Below, one piece after another: positions 8,947 through 21,760 of a DNA stretch of 64,000 bases; position 1 is the stretch's first letter; each line of letters opens with the position of its first letter. The translations under genes and the position numbers were made by a program. The notes under the pieces are model-generated. The model searched no databases. It saw only the letters and a program-made list of their open reading frames with translations, and was not told the DNA's origin. Origin of the DNA: Synechococcus sp. (GTDB lineage Bacteria; Cyanobacteriota; Cyanobacteriia; PCC-6307; Cyanobiaceae); the NCBI GenBank assembly GCA_047285305.1, contig JBJBDL010000003.1:1280001-1344000 (forward strand), in the 5' to 3' direction.

Positions 8947-11520
8947 CGCGTCCGCTTCCAGCTCCACGTTGATCGCCTGCCCTTCGCTGTAACGACCCGC
9001 CAGGATCTCTTTGGCAATGGGTGTCTCCAGTTCCCGTTGCACAGCGCGTTTCAGTGGTCGTGCCCCATAGACGGGGTCATATCCGGCATTGGCGAGCCAG
9101 TCGGCGGCTCCATCGCTCAGGCTGAGCTCCAGCTTGCGCTCAGCCAGCCGCTGGCGCAGGCGTTCCACCTGCAGCGTGACGATCTGGCGCAATTCCTCTC
9201 GCCTGAGGCTGTGGAAAATGATCTGATCGTCGAGGCGATTGAGGAATTCCGGCCGGAAATGGGCCCGGAGAGCGTCATTCACCCGGCTTTCTATCGCTCC
9301 ATGCTGCTCGGGATCGCCGGCCAGCTCCAGGATCGACTGGCTGCCGATGTTGCTGGTGAGAATCAGCACGGTGTTGGTGAAGTCCACGGTGCGGCCCTGC
9401 CCATCGGTGACACGGCCGTCATCGAGGATCTGCAACATCACGTTGAAGACATCCGGGTGGGCTTTCTCCACCTCGTCGAACAGGATCACGGCGTAGGGCC
9501 GACGACGCACCGCTTCGGTGAGCTGGCCACCGGCCTCGTACCCCACGTAGCCGGGAGGCGCCCCGATCAAACGGCTCACGGTGTGCTTCTCCATGTACTC
9601 CGACATGTCGATGCGAACCATGGCGTCATCGCTGTCGAACAGCCGGTTGGCGAGGGCTTTGGAGAGTTCCGTCTTGCCCACACCAGTGGGGCCGAGGAAC
9701 AGGAAGCTGGCGATGGGGCGGTTCGGATCGCTCAGCCCTGCCCTGGAACGTTGAATCGCATCGGCGACGGCGGTGACGGCCTGGTGCTGGCCGATCACCC
9801 GCTGATGCAGGTCATCCTCCAGCTGCAGCAGCTTCTCCATTTCGCTCTGCACCAGCCGCGCCACAGGGATTCCGGTCCACTTGGCGATCACCTCGGCGAT
9901 GTCGTCTTCACTCACCTCCTCCCGCAGCAAGCCTTTCTCGCCAGGCTCCTCTGAGGCGATCTGGGCTTCCTGTTCGAGCAACTGCTTCTGCAGCGAGGCC
10001 AGGGTGCCGTATTCCAGTTCCGCTGCTTTGTTCAGGTCGTAGCTGCGTTTGGCCTGTTCCACCTGCAGCTGCACCCGTTCGATCTCCTCCTTGAGCGACG
10101 ACAGCTCATCGATCGCTCCTTTCTCCTGCTGCCACTGGGCATTCAGGGAACTTTGCTGTTCGCCCAGTTCCGCCAGTTCCCGTTCAATCCGTTGCAAGCG
10201 TTCCTGGCTGGCGCTGTCGGATTCACGGCCGAGGGAGAGCTTCTCCATCTCCAGCTGCAGGATCTTGCGATCGATTTCATCGATCTCCTCCGGTTTGGAG
10301 GTGATCTCCATCTTGAGGCGGGCGGCCGACTCATCCACCAGATCGATGGCCTTGTCGGGCAGGAAGCGGTCGGCGATGTAGCGGCTGCTCAACACAGCAG
10401 CAGCCACCAGGGCACTGTCGGCAATGCGCACACCGTGATGCACCTCATAGCGCTCCTTCAGACCACGCAGGATGGAGATGGTGTCTTCCACCGTGGGTTG
10501 ATCCACCAGCACCTGCTGGAAGCGACGCTCCAAGGCGGGGTCCTTTTCGATGTGCTGGCGGTGCTCGTCGAGGGTGGTGGCGCCAATGCACCGCAGTTCC
10601 CCCCGGGCCAGCATCGGCTTGAGCAGATTGCTGGCATCCATGGCTCCACCGGTGGCGCCAGCGCCCACCACCGTGTGGATTTCATCGATGAACAGCACGA
10701 TCTGGCCTTCCGAGGCGGTGACCTCCTTGAGCACAGCTTTGAGCCGTTCCTCGAACTCACCGCGGTACTTCGCACCGGCGATCAAGGCTCCCATGTCGAG
10801 GGCGATGAGCTGACGGTTCTGCAAGGCCTGGGGCACATCGCCATTCACTATGCGCTGCGCCAATCCCTCAACAATGGCGGTCTTGCCGACCCCGGGTTCG
10901 CCGATCAGCACGGGGTTGTTTTTGGTGCGCCGGCTGAGGATCTGGATGGTGCGCCGGATCTCCTCGTCGCGACCGATCACCGGGTCCAGCTTTCCGTCAC
11001 GGGCGGCGGCCGTCAGGTCCCGTCCGTACTTCTCAAGCGATTCATAGGTCCCTTCCGGGTTTTGATCGGTCACCGTCTGGTTGCCTCGCACGGCTGTAAT
11101 GGCTTCTTTGAGTTTGCTGGTGTCAACGCCCGCTTGGCTGAGCAGTTGCCTGCCGCAGCGTTCATCGTCGGCCAGGGCCAGCAACAGATGTTCGATGGCG
11201 ATGTAGCTGTCACTGAAACCATCGCGGGCTGTTTCGGCGCGATCCAGGCAGCTGTTGAGGGAGCGTCCCAGAAACACCGATTCCGGTGGAGAGCCAAGAC
11301 TGGGCTGCTGCCTGAGATGGCTGTCGACGGCCGCCTGGAACGTGCCAACGTCGACCCCTGCTTTGCTGAGAATGCGTCCAGCCAGACCGTTCTGTTGCAA
11401 CAGCGCAAGCAGCAGATGCTCCGTTTCAAGTTGCTGATGCTTGGCGCTCTGCGCCAGTTGCTGGGCGGCGACGATGGCGGCCCAGGCTTGTTCGGTGAAC
11501 TGTTCCGCCGTGGGTTGCAT
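8932..11520 (-). CDS. clpB: ATP-dependent chaperone ClpB
   Basis: Clp N domain, two AAA+ modules ([16 protein letters not shown]) and middle coiled coil. Confidence 0.97.
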   Translation of the reverse strand: MQPTAEQFTEQAWAAIVAAQQLAQSAKHQQLETEHLLLALLQQNGLAGRILSKAGVDVGTFQAAVDSHLRQQPSLGSPPESVFLGRSLNSCLDRAETARDGFSDSYIAIEHLLLALADDERCGRQLLSQAGVDTSKLKEAITAVRGNQTVTDQNPEGTYESLEKYGRDLTAAARDGKLDPVIGRDEEIRRTIQILSRRTKNNPVLIGEPGVGKTAIVEGLAQRIVNGDVPQALQNRQLIALDMGALIAGAKYRGEFEERLKAVLKEVTASEGQIVLFIDEIHTVVGAGATGGAMDASNLLKPMLARGELRCIGATTLDEHRQHIEKDPALERRFQQVLVDQPTVEDTISILRGLKERYEVHHGVRIADSALVAAAVLSSRYIADRFLPDKAIDLVDESAARLKMEITSKPEEIDEIDRKILQLEMEKLSLGRESDSASQERLQRIERELAELGEQQSSLNAQWQQEKGAIDELSSLKEEIERVQLQVEQAKRSYDLNKAAELEYGTLASLQKQLLEQEAQIASEEPGEKGLLREEVSEDDIAEVIAKWTGIPVARLVQSEMEKLLQLEDDLHQRVIGQHQAVTAVADAIQRSRAGLSDPNRPIASFLFLGPTGVGKTELSKALANRLFDSDDAMVRIDMSEYMEKHTVSRLIGAPPGYVGYEAGGQLTEAVRRRPYAVILFDEVEKAHPDVFNVMLQILDDGRVTDGQGRTVDFTNTVLILTSNIGSQSILELAGDPEQHGAIESRVNDALRAHFRPEFLNRLDDQIIFHSLRREELRQIVTLQVERLRQRLAERKLELSLSDGAADWLANAGYDPVYGARPLKRAVQRELETPIAKEILAGRYSEGQAINVELEADALALR

Positions 11521-11663
11521 CTCGGATGCGTTTCAACTGGGTTCACCGTATGGGGCTTGTTCCGTTTTCAGTGGGGGCAAACCGAAGCCTTTGGATCGGT
11601 CCCCACGCCAGGGAGCGGCAAACCGGGGTGTCTTTTTAGAGTTTGCCGAACCCTTGGATGCCA

Positions 11664-11873
11664 ATGCCTGATCAGCCGCTGGTGGACTCCCTCGTGCTGC
11701 AGGGCCTGGCGCTCGCAGCAACGGCTGGCGGTGAGCTGGAACGCAGCTGTTGGATGGTGGTGCATGAGCACCACCACGGTGTGAAACCCACGGAGTACGA
11801 CATCCGTGAGATCGACGAGGATCTCTATCTGGCTGTGTTGCAGGCGGCCAAGCAGGCCCAGTCCGCCGCTTGA
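11664..11873 (+). CDS. Conserved hypothetical protein
   Basis: LERSCWMVVHEHHHGVKPTEYDIREIDEDLYLAVL; fills the gap between clpB and the convergent operon. Confidence 0.7.
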   Translation: MPDQPLVDSLVLQGLALAATAGGELERSCWMVVHEHHHGVKPTEYDIREIDEDLYLAVLQAAKQAQSAA

Positions 11874-12179
11874 TCAGCCGTTGAGCAGCTCCCGTAGGAG
11901 CGCGCGGTGAGCGTTTTCGGCTTCGATGGTCTCCCGCATCTCTTTGGGGAGGCGGGCCTCAAGGATGTCCTGTTTTTTCATCTCCGTGGCATAGCGGCTG
12001 CTGAACGCACTGAAGCGATCGAGATACGACGTTGCGGCCTCTGGGGTGAAGGCAATCACCTCCAGGGCATGTTTGAAGTGGAGGTAGGACGCGGTCCACT
12101 CCACCAGCTCGTCAAAACTCTGCAGGCCAAGCGGGTTCTCAGGAAGTGCCATCGCTGCATCGCCCATGGCTTCAACCAA
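11874..12179 (-). CDS. Conserved hypothetical protein
   Basis: LVEWT.SYLHFKHALEV..FS.FSSRYATEMKKQDILEARLPK; overlaps the upstream gene. Confidence 0.75.
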   Translation of the reverse strand: MVEAMGDAAMALPENPLGLQSFDELVEWTASYLHFKHALEVIAFTPEAATSYLDRFSAFSSRYATEMKKQDILEARLPKEMRETIEAENAHRALLRELLNG

Positions 12180-12567
12180 AACCCTTGGCCTTGGCCTGGG
12201 CCGTCAGGTCCTTCAACCGGCCGTTGAGCAGAACATCGCGTTCACGGTCTGCTCCCACATGGGGGGCGATCTCCACCCCAGCGCTCCGCATGGCCTGCAG
12301 CGCTGCTGCTTCCTCAGCTGAGCCTGTTTCACTGCTGAGGTAGCGGTCCACGGCGGCAGCCCCTGGGGCATCCACTGCGAAGTACACCGTTCCCGGACCT
12401 CGCCGCTCGATGGTTTGCTGTCGATGCCGGCGGCGCTGCTGCACGCTCGCCCAGAGTCGGCCTTGATTGGCGGTCATGAAGGCGTTCAGATCCGCGGCAT
12501 CGGTGTCTTCCGCCAGGGCCATGCTGGTGCCGTCGATGAAATCACTAAGCAGGGTGACAACGGCCAT
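12172..12567 (-). CDS. Conserved hypothetical protein
   Basis: 131 aa, coupled to both neighbours, ends KAKGFG. Confidence 0.75.
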   Translation of the reverse strand: MAVVTLLSDFIDGTSMALAEDTDAADLNAFMTANQGRLWASVQQRRRHRQQTIERRGPGTVYFAVDAPGAAAVDRYLSSETGSAEEAAALQAMRSAGVEIAPHVGADRERDVLLNGRLKDLTAQAKAKGFG

Positions 12568-12824
12568 CAGGTCTTTGGTGATTGCGGGGGTGTTGATTCG
12601 GAGGGTGTTGATTTAAAAGAGCGTTGTATTCGGCTGGTTTCGAACCAGCTGGTGATGGCTGATTCGCGGGCGTCGTCGCAGAGATCCCGCTGGATCACAT
12701 TGAAGCCGTGGCGGCGTGCCAGGGCCAACAACTGATCGTCATCACGGCATTGGGCCGCATCACTCCGCAAGCCTTGGTGGTGCTCCACAGCCCGCAGAAA
12801 ATCCCGAAGAGCTTCACGACTCAT
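12567..12824 (-). CDS. Nif11-like leader peptide domain protein
   Basis: MSREALRDFL..V.....LR.......DDQLLALARRHGFNV...DL pattern. Confidence 0.8.
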   Translation of the reverse strand: MSREALRDFLRAVEHHQGLRSDAAQCRDDDQLLALARRHGFNVIQRDLCDDARESAITSWFETSRIQRSFKSTPSESTPPQSPKT

Positions 12825-13198
12825 CGCCTGGACCAGCCCAATTCGGCCCGTTGTTCAACGTAGGTGGCTACCGCCATGATCTCCTCCTCACTCAGTTTGT
12901 CGGCATAGCTGGGCATGGCATTCAGCCCATCCTCGATCTCATGCTCCAGAGCCTCCAGCGGGGAACTGGAGTAGGCCTCTACATGGTCGTTCAAGTCGCT
13001 GATCTTCAGCGTTCGGTTGGCGCGGATCACATTGCCGCCCCCCATGTGACAGGCCGCACAGTTGCTGTTGAAAATTTGCTCACCTCGCTCCAAGGCGGAG
13101 TTTTCCATCGTGTCAATCGCCATCGCCGGAGCAGGCAGCAGGCCTGTTGCGCCAACGATCAACAGCAACGTCAGGATCAGGCCTGATAGGCGTGCCAT
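12821..13198 (-). CDS. petJ: Cytochrome c6-like protein
   Basis: Signal peptide, GEQIFNSNCAACHMGGGNVI, GLNAMPSY..KLS. Confidence 0.88.
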   Translation of the reverse strand: MARLSGLILTLLLIVGATGLLPAPAMAIDTMENSALERGEQIFNSNCAACHMGGGNVIRANRTLKISDLNDHVEAYSSSPLEALEHEIEDGLNAMPSYADKLSEEEIMAVATYVEQRAELGWSRR

Positions 13199-13240
13199 CG
13201 CAACCCCCCTCAATGCCCCAAGCTATCCATCGTTGCCGGC

Positions 13241-13285
13241 AAAAAAAAGAACCCCGGTCTGTGGTTGATACACAGCCCGGGGCTT
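13241..13285 (-). terminator. Terminator after petE
   Basis: A8 run then the CCCCGG.CTGTG...CACAG.CCGGGG hairpin. Confidence 0.7.
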
Positions 13286-13331
13286 GAAGTTCAGTTAGAG
13301 ATTTTCAGAGATTTTCTCAGAAATCCAGAAA

Positions 13332-13691
13332 TCACTCAACGATCACCTTGCCGACCATGCCAGCACCCCGGTGGGGCTCGCAGTAGAAGTCGTAGGTGCC
13401 AGCGGTGGAGAAGGTTTCCTCCCAGGATTCGCCGGGGTTGAAGGCGAGATCAGAGTGGCTGTATTCGTCGTGGCCTTCGAAAACAGCGTTGTGAGGAGCC
13501 AGTTTGTTGTTGACGAACTTGACGGTATCGCCGGCCTTGATGTTCACGGTGGCGGGCTCGAAGGCGAGCATTCCGCCGTCGGTGCCGAGCTTCACTTCAA
13601 CAGTGGCGGCTTGAGCGCTGCCTACGTTGAGGCCGATCAGCATCAGGAAGGCGCAGCAGGCGGCTGCAATGGTGCGGATGACGGAGCGCAT
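13332..13691 (-). CDS. petE: Plastocyanin
   Basis: PHN and [10 protein letters not shown] type-1 Cu ligands; signal peptide ending AQA. Confidence 0.96.
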   Translation of the reverse strand: MRSVIRTIAAACCAFLMLIGLNVGSAQAATVEVKLGTDGGMLAFEPATVNIKAGDTVKFVNNKLAPHNAVFEGHDEYSHSDLAFNPGESWEETFSTAGTYDFYCEPHRGAGMVGKVIVE

Positions 13692-13698
13692 GAAAGTG

Positions 13699-14718
13699 CT
13701 AGGTCGATGTATTGACCTTACGCGCGGGTCTGGGGGTTCCGCGGTTGGGTAAGCCGGAATCGCTAAGAACTGTTGCCAAGTCAGGGGCATGGCTGCTGCC
13801 CCCGAAACGTTCCGGCTGCGTCACCGGGTCATGAATGAAGTGGCGCTGGCGAATGCTGAACCGGTCCCAGGTATTCACTTCGATCGGCAGAACGCGGATC
13901 AGGGTCTCAATCAGCCATGGCCAGAGCGGAATGCCGGGTGTTCGGGCCACACCGCGCCAGCGGCATAGGGTTTTCACGGTGTCGTTCACCGAGATGACCG
14001 GTTGTCCCATCACCACCCGGCGCAGGGCGCCTTGCCCTGGTTCTCGGTTCGGTTCATGGGGGCGTGTGGCCAAGAGGCCACAGATGCGGGCGATGTCTTC
14101 CGCATGGATGAAGTGGAAGCTCGCATCCACTCGAAGCCAGCGGGCCAGCCAGAGCCAACGGCTGGCTTCAGCCAAACCTTCGGTGAGATAGCTGGTGGGG
14201 AAGGAGCTGGTGCCGTCGACCCGTCCCCCGAAAACCAAGGTGGGAAACACCGCCACGACTTTGCTGGCCAGGGGGTGCTGTTCAAGATCCCTGAGGCAGC
14301 GAGCCTTGGTTTGGATGTATTCCGTGCCGTAGGCCAGAGCTTCCGGCAGGGGGCGCAGGTGCCGGTCGAGCACGCTGGCCGTTGAAAAGTAAATGATTTG
14401 CTCCAGCTTGCTGGGATCCAGAAGCGACAGCATCTGTTTCACTGCCACCACATTCACCTGTTCGGCCCGCTCGGGGTCACCCCAGGCCGTGGCGGTGTGA
14501 ATCACCCGGTTCACCGAGGCCAGCTCTTGGGCAAAACGGTCGGTGTCCCGCAGGTCCCCCACCAATAGGCGGATGCGGGGATGGTCTGCTGGAACAGCGG
14601 TGAGTTTGGCTGGGTCCCTCAGCCAGAGCAGCAGCTCTGCATCCGAGTGGTCCAGAAGCCACCTGGAGATGTACTGACCGACGCATCCGCTGGCGCCGGT
14701 CACCAGGATGCGGGTCAA
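13699..14718 (-). CDS. NAD-dependent epimerase/dehydratase family protein
   Basis: [11 protein letters not shown]ossmann motif and YIQTK. Confidence 0.9.
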   Translation of the reverse strand: MTRILVTGASGCVGQYISRWLLDHSDAELLLWLRDPAKLTAVPADHPRIRLLVGDLRDTDRFAQELASVNRVIHTATAWGDPERAEQVNVVAVKQMLSLLDPSKLEQIIYFSTASVLDRHLRPLPEALAYGTEYIQTKARCLRDLEQHPLASKVVAVFPTLVFGGRVDGTSSFPTSYLTEGLAEASRWLWLARWLRVDASFHFIHAEDIARICGLLATRPHEPNREPGQGALRRVVMGQPVISVNDTVKTLCRWRGVARTPGIPLWPWLIETLIRVLPIEVNTWDRFSIRQRHFIHDPVTQPERFGGSSHAPDLATVLSDSGLPNRGTPRPARKVNTST

Positions 14719-15773
14719 ACGAAAGCCCCGAGACGGTCCATCACGCTCTTGCCGGCCCTGAAGAAGGCTTCACCATTCTCTTCCGGTGTACCCGGCAGTA
14801 TTCCATGGCCGAGGTTGAGGATGTGCTTGCGGCCGCGGGCCTTGCGCACACAGTCATCGATGCGGGCCTCAATCGCCTCCGGGGTGCCGAACAGCAGGCC
14901 GGGATCCACGTTGCCCTGAACACCAACGTGCTCCGGCAGACGTGCCAGGGCTTCGGCCATGTCCACGGTCCAATCCAGCGAAACGATGTCAACACCGGTG
15001 TTGGCCATCCGTTCGATCACGCCGGCGCTGCCGGAGATGTAGAGGATGAAGGGGGTGTCGGGGTGCGTCTGCTTGACCAAATCCACCACCTTCTTCTGGT
15101 AAGGCGCAGCGAAGGTGTCGTAGTCCGCTGGGCTCAGCTGGCCCGCCCAGGAATCAAACATCTGAACCACCTGGGCGCCGGAATCAATCTGATAGCGCAG
15201 GTACTGGGCGATCGACTCGGCGAAGTGGTCGAGCAGCTTGTGGAGGATCTCGGGTTCGCGAAAGGCCATGGCCTTGATCACCGCGTAGTTCTTGCTGCTC
15301 TTGCCCTCCACCACGTAGGCGGCCAGGGTCCAGGGGGCACCAACGAAGCCGAGAACAGCTGCTTCGTTGCCAACGCTTTGGCGCAGACGACCCAGCACTT
15401 CACCCACAAAGGGCATCGAATCGGCGGGGTTGAGGGGGCGCAGGGCATCTACCTGGGCCATGCTCCGGATTGGATCGCCGATCTGGGGGCCTTTGCTCTC
15501 GATGATGTCGAAATCGATTCCCATCCCCGGCAGGGGCGTGAGGATGTCAGAGAACAGGATCACTCCATCGGGCTTGAAGGCGTGAAACGGCTGCATTGAG
15601 ATCTCATAGGAGAGATCAGGATTTTCGGAACGCTCACGGAAGCTGGGGTACTTGTCCCGCAGGTCCCGGTAGATCTTCATGTAGCGACCGGCTTGGCGCA
15701 TCATCCACACCGGAGGACGCTCCACCGATTCACCGCGCGCAGCACGCAGGAGCAGGGGTAAAGAGTCGCTCAT
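14715..15773 (-). CDS. hemE: Uroporphyrinogen decarboxylase
   Basis: [30 protein letters not shown]. Confidence 0.97.
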   Translation of the reverse strand: MSDSLPLLLRAARGESVERPPVWMMRQAGRYMKIYRDLRDKYPSFRERSENPDLSYEISMQPFHAFKPDGVILFSDILTPLPGMGIDFDIIESKGPQIGDPIRSMAQVDALRPLNPADSMPFVGEVLGRLRQSVGNEAAVLGFVGAPWTLAAYVVEGKSSKNYAVIKAMAFREPEILHKLLDHFAESIAQYLRYQIDSGAQVVQMFDSWAGQLSPADYDTFAAPYQKKVVDLVKQTHPDTPFILYISGSAGVIERMANTGVDIVSLDWTVDMAEALARLPEHVGVQGNVDPGLLFGTPEAIEARIDDCVRKARGRKHILNLGHGILPGTPEENGEAFFRAGKSVMDRLGAFV

Positions 15774-15854
15774 CAAGCCCGGTCAGGTCAGCCGGAAACC
15801 TACCTGAATTGAGGCCTTGCCTAGAGCTTTACCCCCTCTTTGTCATCACGTTCG

Positions 15855-18152
<2,298 letters not shown>

Positions 18153-18212
18153 GGGAGATCTGAGAATTGGGCGCGATGTTAAGCCCGATTTACGAAACAG
18201 ATCCGCTGTTGA

Positions 18213-18923
18213 TTAGACGAAGTCTCGGGAAATGTCGACGTTGATGATCCGACCGCTTGCGTCAAAGATCACGAACAGGTTGGTTGTGGCCTGGCCGAAG
18301 GCGACAGCCAGCAGCACGAGCTGCTGATCGCCGCCTTGATGGTCGATCGGAGCGTCCTTGACCCTGCGTAAACAACCTGACACCTGGCTGAGCTTGGTCC
18401 ATTTGCGTTCCAGGTCTCCTGGGGCCAGTTCCTCCTGGAGTTGAAGGGAAATCTTGGATCGCGCGGCAATCCAGCGTCCTGCTGCCAGCTCCCTGGTGAA
18501 GTCGAGGGCCGTTGTTTTGATCGGCTGGATCCGGTCGCTCCGCTTCCAGGCGAGGAGTTTGCCGTCCTCATCCAGCACCATCAGCATCACTTCGTCACCC
18601 CATGCAGTGGTCACCACAGCATCAATGGTTGTTGTGTTGAAGCCAGGAGTCAGGCTGACAACGCGGGTTGCATCAATGGCCGCGCCTTGGTCCAGGCGTG
18701 CCTGGACGCTCTTCACATCAACACTGGTCTTAACATGGGCTGCGAGAGCGTCATGCATGACGTCTCTTTGGCGGTTTTTGAGCGCCTCCACCAGCAGTTC
18801 AGCCGCTGCTCCTGCTTGGGCTGGGGTGAGTTCGGTTCTGGTGAGTTGCTCCGCTTATGCGGGACTGATCAACCCCATGGGACCCGACAAAGCGATGGCC
18901 AGCAGGGCAGCGGAGAGCTTCAA
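18213..18923 (-). pseudogene. DUF3887-like exported protein with an in-frame TAA after the signal peptide
   Basis: TTG at 18923 opens MKLSAALLAIALSGPMGLISPA*AEQLTR..., with the stop at 18855-18857 in frame with the 192-aa ORF 18213-18791. Confidence 0.65.
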
Positions 18924-18933
18924 AGCCCAAACG

Positions 18934-20538
18934 TCAGTCGAGCTTCAATCTGCCGGAATCAAAGGGGTTCAGCTGAAGGGTGGAGTCAGCAAGTTTCAGT
19001 GTCAGCGTCACCACACGATGCTCCGCGCTTGGTGCTCCGCAGGGCACGGCATCGTGGCCAGGGTTGACGCCAATGGCGGGCCACGATGCTGCGGCAACGG
19101 AGAGCCTCAGTCGATCGCCACAAGCCAGGCTCGCGTGCAGCGGCTGGAGGGTCACGCTGCGCCTGGCTCGCTGCAACGCCTCCTCACCGCGAACCCGTAC
19201 GACTCCCGTGCTCAGTTGTTCAACGCTTTTGGCTTCCGCGGGCAGGCGCGACAGGCTGATGCAGAGATCAAACCCGGGCTGGTCCGCTTCGGCGTCCAGC
19301 AGGAGGTTCGGTTGACCTGACAGCAGCAGCTCATCGACCAGGGGTGCGGTGGTGAATGTCGCGACGTCGCTGCGTTGATCCACGGCCGTGCGCTCCGCCG
19401 GCCCAGGGGTTGTCCCGAGGTGTCCACCGATGGCCGGCACCGGTCGCCAGGGGTCATGAACAATGACCACGCTGCCTTCTCCTTCTCCATCCGCCACAAG
19501 GGCACCGTCGCTTGGGTCGATGCAGGCCAGTCCATGGCTGCGCAGTCCCCATGACGCTGATCTGCCCGTGGCGGGTGCGGGGATCGCTTCCCACTGATGC
19601 TGGGTGATGTTCCAGAGCTGTTGGTTGGGCTTCGGCTCCTGCGGGGGGCGATCCTGCAAATGCTGTTGGAAGAACTGAAGCATTAGCTGCTGGGTTTCAG
19701 GCCACCACTGAAGATGGGAGGCTGGCCCGATGTGCAGGGATGGCTGCCCGCCGGCCACCTGGCTGCGATGCCAGAGGTCCAGTAGACCCACCAGATGTGG
19801 ATCCCACCATCCACCGATCAACAGCATCGGCCGCTGAAGCCAGCTCTCCGGGGCGTGATGAACCGTCCACTGCTGATCGTTGCTGGGGTCGCTTCTCAAC
19901 CAGCTCCAGGCCATGCCTTCGGGATCATGGCGCTCCAGCAGGGTTGGTCCGTCCCGCAGATAGCGGTTGTCTTCAAGGCTTCGGCGGATCTCCAGCCAGG
20001 CCGTTGCATCTCCGCGTCGCTGGGCCTGGAGGCCCGCCAGCTGCAGCCCCCAGCCAAGGCCGAGGTGCCACCAGTGGGCACCGCCTTCACAGCTCCAATG
20101 GCGTCGTTCGTCCAGGCCGGTCATCGCTGGAGCGGTGCACTCCGGCGGTTGGGCCGACTCAGCTGCGGTGAGCTGGGTCAGGCCCTGATACGAAAACCCG
20201 TAGACCCCCAGGCGTCCATTGCATTCCGGCAGCTGTCGCACCCAGGCATGGGTGGCGGTGGTGTCGGCTGCTTCCTGACCAAATCCCCGGAAACATCCCT
20301 CCGACTCCCCTTGCCCTCGTACGTCCTGAACGACCACCAGGAAGCCATGGGAAGCCCACCAACTGGGGTGGGCGTAGGTGACTGTTGAGGCGATGCGGCT
20401 CCCGTACGGCTGCCGCATCAGCAGGGCAGGCCAGGGGCCTTTGCCGCTGGGGTGCCACATCCGTGACCGCAGCACCACGCCATCGGCCAACTTCAGCGCT
20501 GCAGACCGGCAGGCAATTCCGCTTGTCTCAGCGGACAT
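18934..20538 (-). CDS. CocE/NonD family hydrolase (peptidase S15)
   Basis: RQPYG, QDVRGQG.SEG, GFSYQG nucleophile elbow, GGWWD. Confidence 0.92.
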   Translation of the reverse strand: MSAETSGIACRSAALKLADGVVLRSRMWHPSGKGPWPALLMRQPYGSRIASTVTYAHPSWWASHGFLVVVQDVRGQGESEGCFRGFGQEAADTTATHAWVRQLPECNGRLGVYGFSYQGLTQLTAAESAQPPECTAPAMTGLDERRHWSCEGGAHWWHLGLGWGLQLAGLQAQRRGDATAWLEIRRSLEDNRYLRDGPTLLERHDPEGMAWSWLRSDPSNDQQWTVHHAPESWLQRPMLLIGGWWDPHLVGLLDLWHRSQVAGGQPSLHIGPASHLQWWPETQQLMLQFFQQHLQDRPPQEPKPNQQLWNITQHQWEAIPAPATGRSASWGLRSHGLACIDPSDGALVADGEGEGSVVIVHDPWRPVPAIGGHLGTTPGPAERTAVDQRSDVATFTTAPLVDELLLSGQPNLLLDAEADQPGFDLCISLSRLPAEAKSVEQLSTGVVRVRGEEALQRARRSVTLQPLHASLACGDRLRLSVAAASWPAIGVNPGHDAVPCGAPSAEHRVVTLTLKLADSTLQLNPFDSGRLKLD

Positions 20539-20809
20539 CGTCGCAATGCATCCCCACGATGTAGGTCATAAGGATTTCCGCATCCTGAAAACTCAGGTTT
20601 TCGCTGGCGGCGACCTGGTTGATGTGGGGCTTGGAGAATGGCGATCGGCCGTTGGCGTTCATTTGCCGGAACGAACGGCACATGGCCTTTGCTTTTTCAG
20701 GATTGCGTTTGACGCTGTTGAGCAAGTCCGAGTCAGCAGCAACCACGAGCAATGGTGAGCCCAGCAGAGCCAGAACGATTAGAGCTGTGCGTAGGAGTTT
20801 CAAGCCCAT
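20528..20809 (-). CDS. Conserved exported hypothetical protein
   Basis: Signal peptide; NP..AKAMC..F..MN...DAEIL.TY..GMHC.DV. Confidence 0.75.
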   Translation of the reverse strand: MGLKLLRTALIVLALLGSPLLVVAADSDLLNSVKRNPEKAKAMCRSFRQMNANGRSPFSKPHINQVAASENLSFQDAEILMTYIVGMHCDDVR

Positions 20810-20855
20810 ATAAGGTTCATACGCAGGATTGGATGCCAAGTCAGGGTTGCTGGGG

Positions 20856-21257
20856 TCAGTTCGCCAGTTGCCTGGCGCGGCGGATCCAATCGCCGGCCAC
20901 CCGCAGATCCACAACGGCAGGCCTTTTGGTTCCAAGGCTGCGCTCCAGCCTTCCGGTCTGGCGCACAAGACGTTCGGGGGTGCATGCCGCCAGAGCGGCG
21001 GGCGTGGCGATGCCCGCATGCATCAGTAGCGCGGCGTCCTGGGGAGGCAAATCCAAGCGGCAGACCAAATCTGCCATGCCCCGAAGCCGCTTGAGGTTTC
21101 GGGCCGAAGCCTGGCCACTGCGGGCGAGTTGGCTCAGTTGCAGATCCGTTAGATCACGGATGCTGGACCAACGTTTAATACCAGCTTGATCCAGTTCCTG
21201 TTGTTCCCTGCGAAACGACTGGGGGAGCTCCTCGATCGCGTCGTTGAAATTCGGCAT
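20856..21257 (-). CDS. DUF4332 family protein
   Basis: NLKRLRGMADL, DAALLMHAGIAT, WIRRA. Confidence 0.8.
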   Translation of the reverse strand: MPNFNDAIEELPQSFRREQQELDQAGIKRWSSIRDLTDLQLSQLARSGQASARNLKRLRGMADLVCRLDLPPQDAALLMHAGIATPAALAACTPERLVRQTGRLERSLGTKRPAVVDLRVAGDWIRRARQLAN

Positions 21258-21694
21258 CAACGCAAGGTCTTGCTCATTTCGCCCAGGACGACGGGGCGTC
21301 CCAGCCCATCGCCCTCCGGCTGGATGCCCCGCAACCGCACCAGCACGGTGCCGCTGGAGCGACCTGAGCCGCGCAGGTTGCCCTCCAATTGCTCCAGGGT
21401 GGCTTGAACTGTGGTTGGGGCCAAGTCGGCAGGAACCTGGGCCACCACGAGGTCGTTGCCGTTGTCGAAGACGATTGGTGCCCGAACCGCACCCTCCACG
21501 ACCACAGGAGGTGTATAACTCACGCCGAATGCCCAGCAACTCACGGCCAGCAGCAGGGTGAAGCTGCTCACGCCGACCAGCCGAAAACGAATGCCCCACT
21601 TGGTTAGGAAGGCAACCGCTGTCAGCGCTCCGAGCCCAAGCCCAGACCAACCCAGCCAGGGAGCGGCAGTAAGCAGCAGCTGATCGAAGGCCAT
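21257..21694 (-). CDS. ycf51: Ycf51 (DUF2518) family protein
   Basis: WGIRFRLVGVSSFT, VFDNG.D.VV, ATLEQ..GNLR..GR. Confidence 0.85.
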   Translation of the reverse strand: MAFDQLLLTAAPWLGWSGLGLGALTAVAFLTKWGIRFRLVGVSSFTLLLAVSCWAFGVSYTPPVVVEGAVRAPIVFDNGNDLVVAQVPADLAPTTVQATLEQLEGNLRGSGRSSGTVLVRLRGIQPEGDGLGRPVVLGEMSKTLR

Positions 21695-21760
21695 GGGGTC
21701 TGGTGGACTGAAAACAGTCTCCTTATATTGCGCGAGATTCCGGGGTGACCGCCGCGTCTG

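Noticed and set aside
9037..11784. Long + strand ORFs (305 and 543 aa) opposite clpB
   Set aside because: Antisense shadows of a GC-rich conserved gene; no recognisable motifs
12567..12824. Prochlorosin (lanthipeptide) precursor interpretation
   Set aside because: No double-Gly cleavage motif, no Cys in the C-terminal tail, no LanM or transporter in the window
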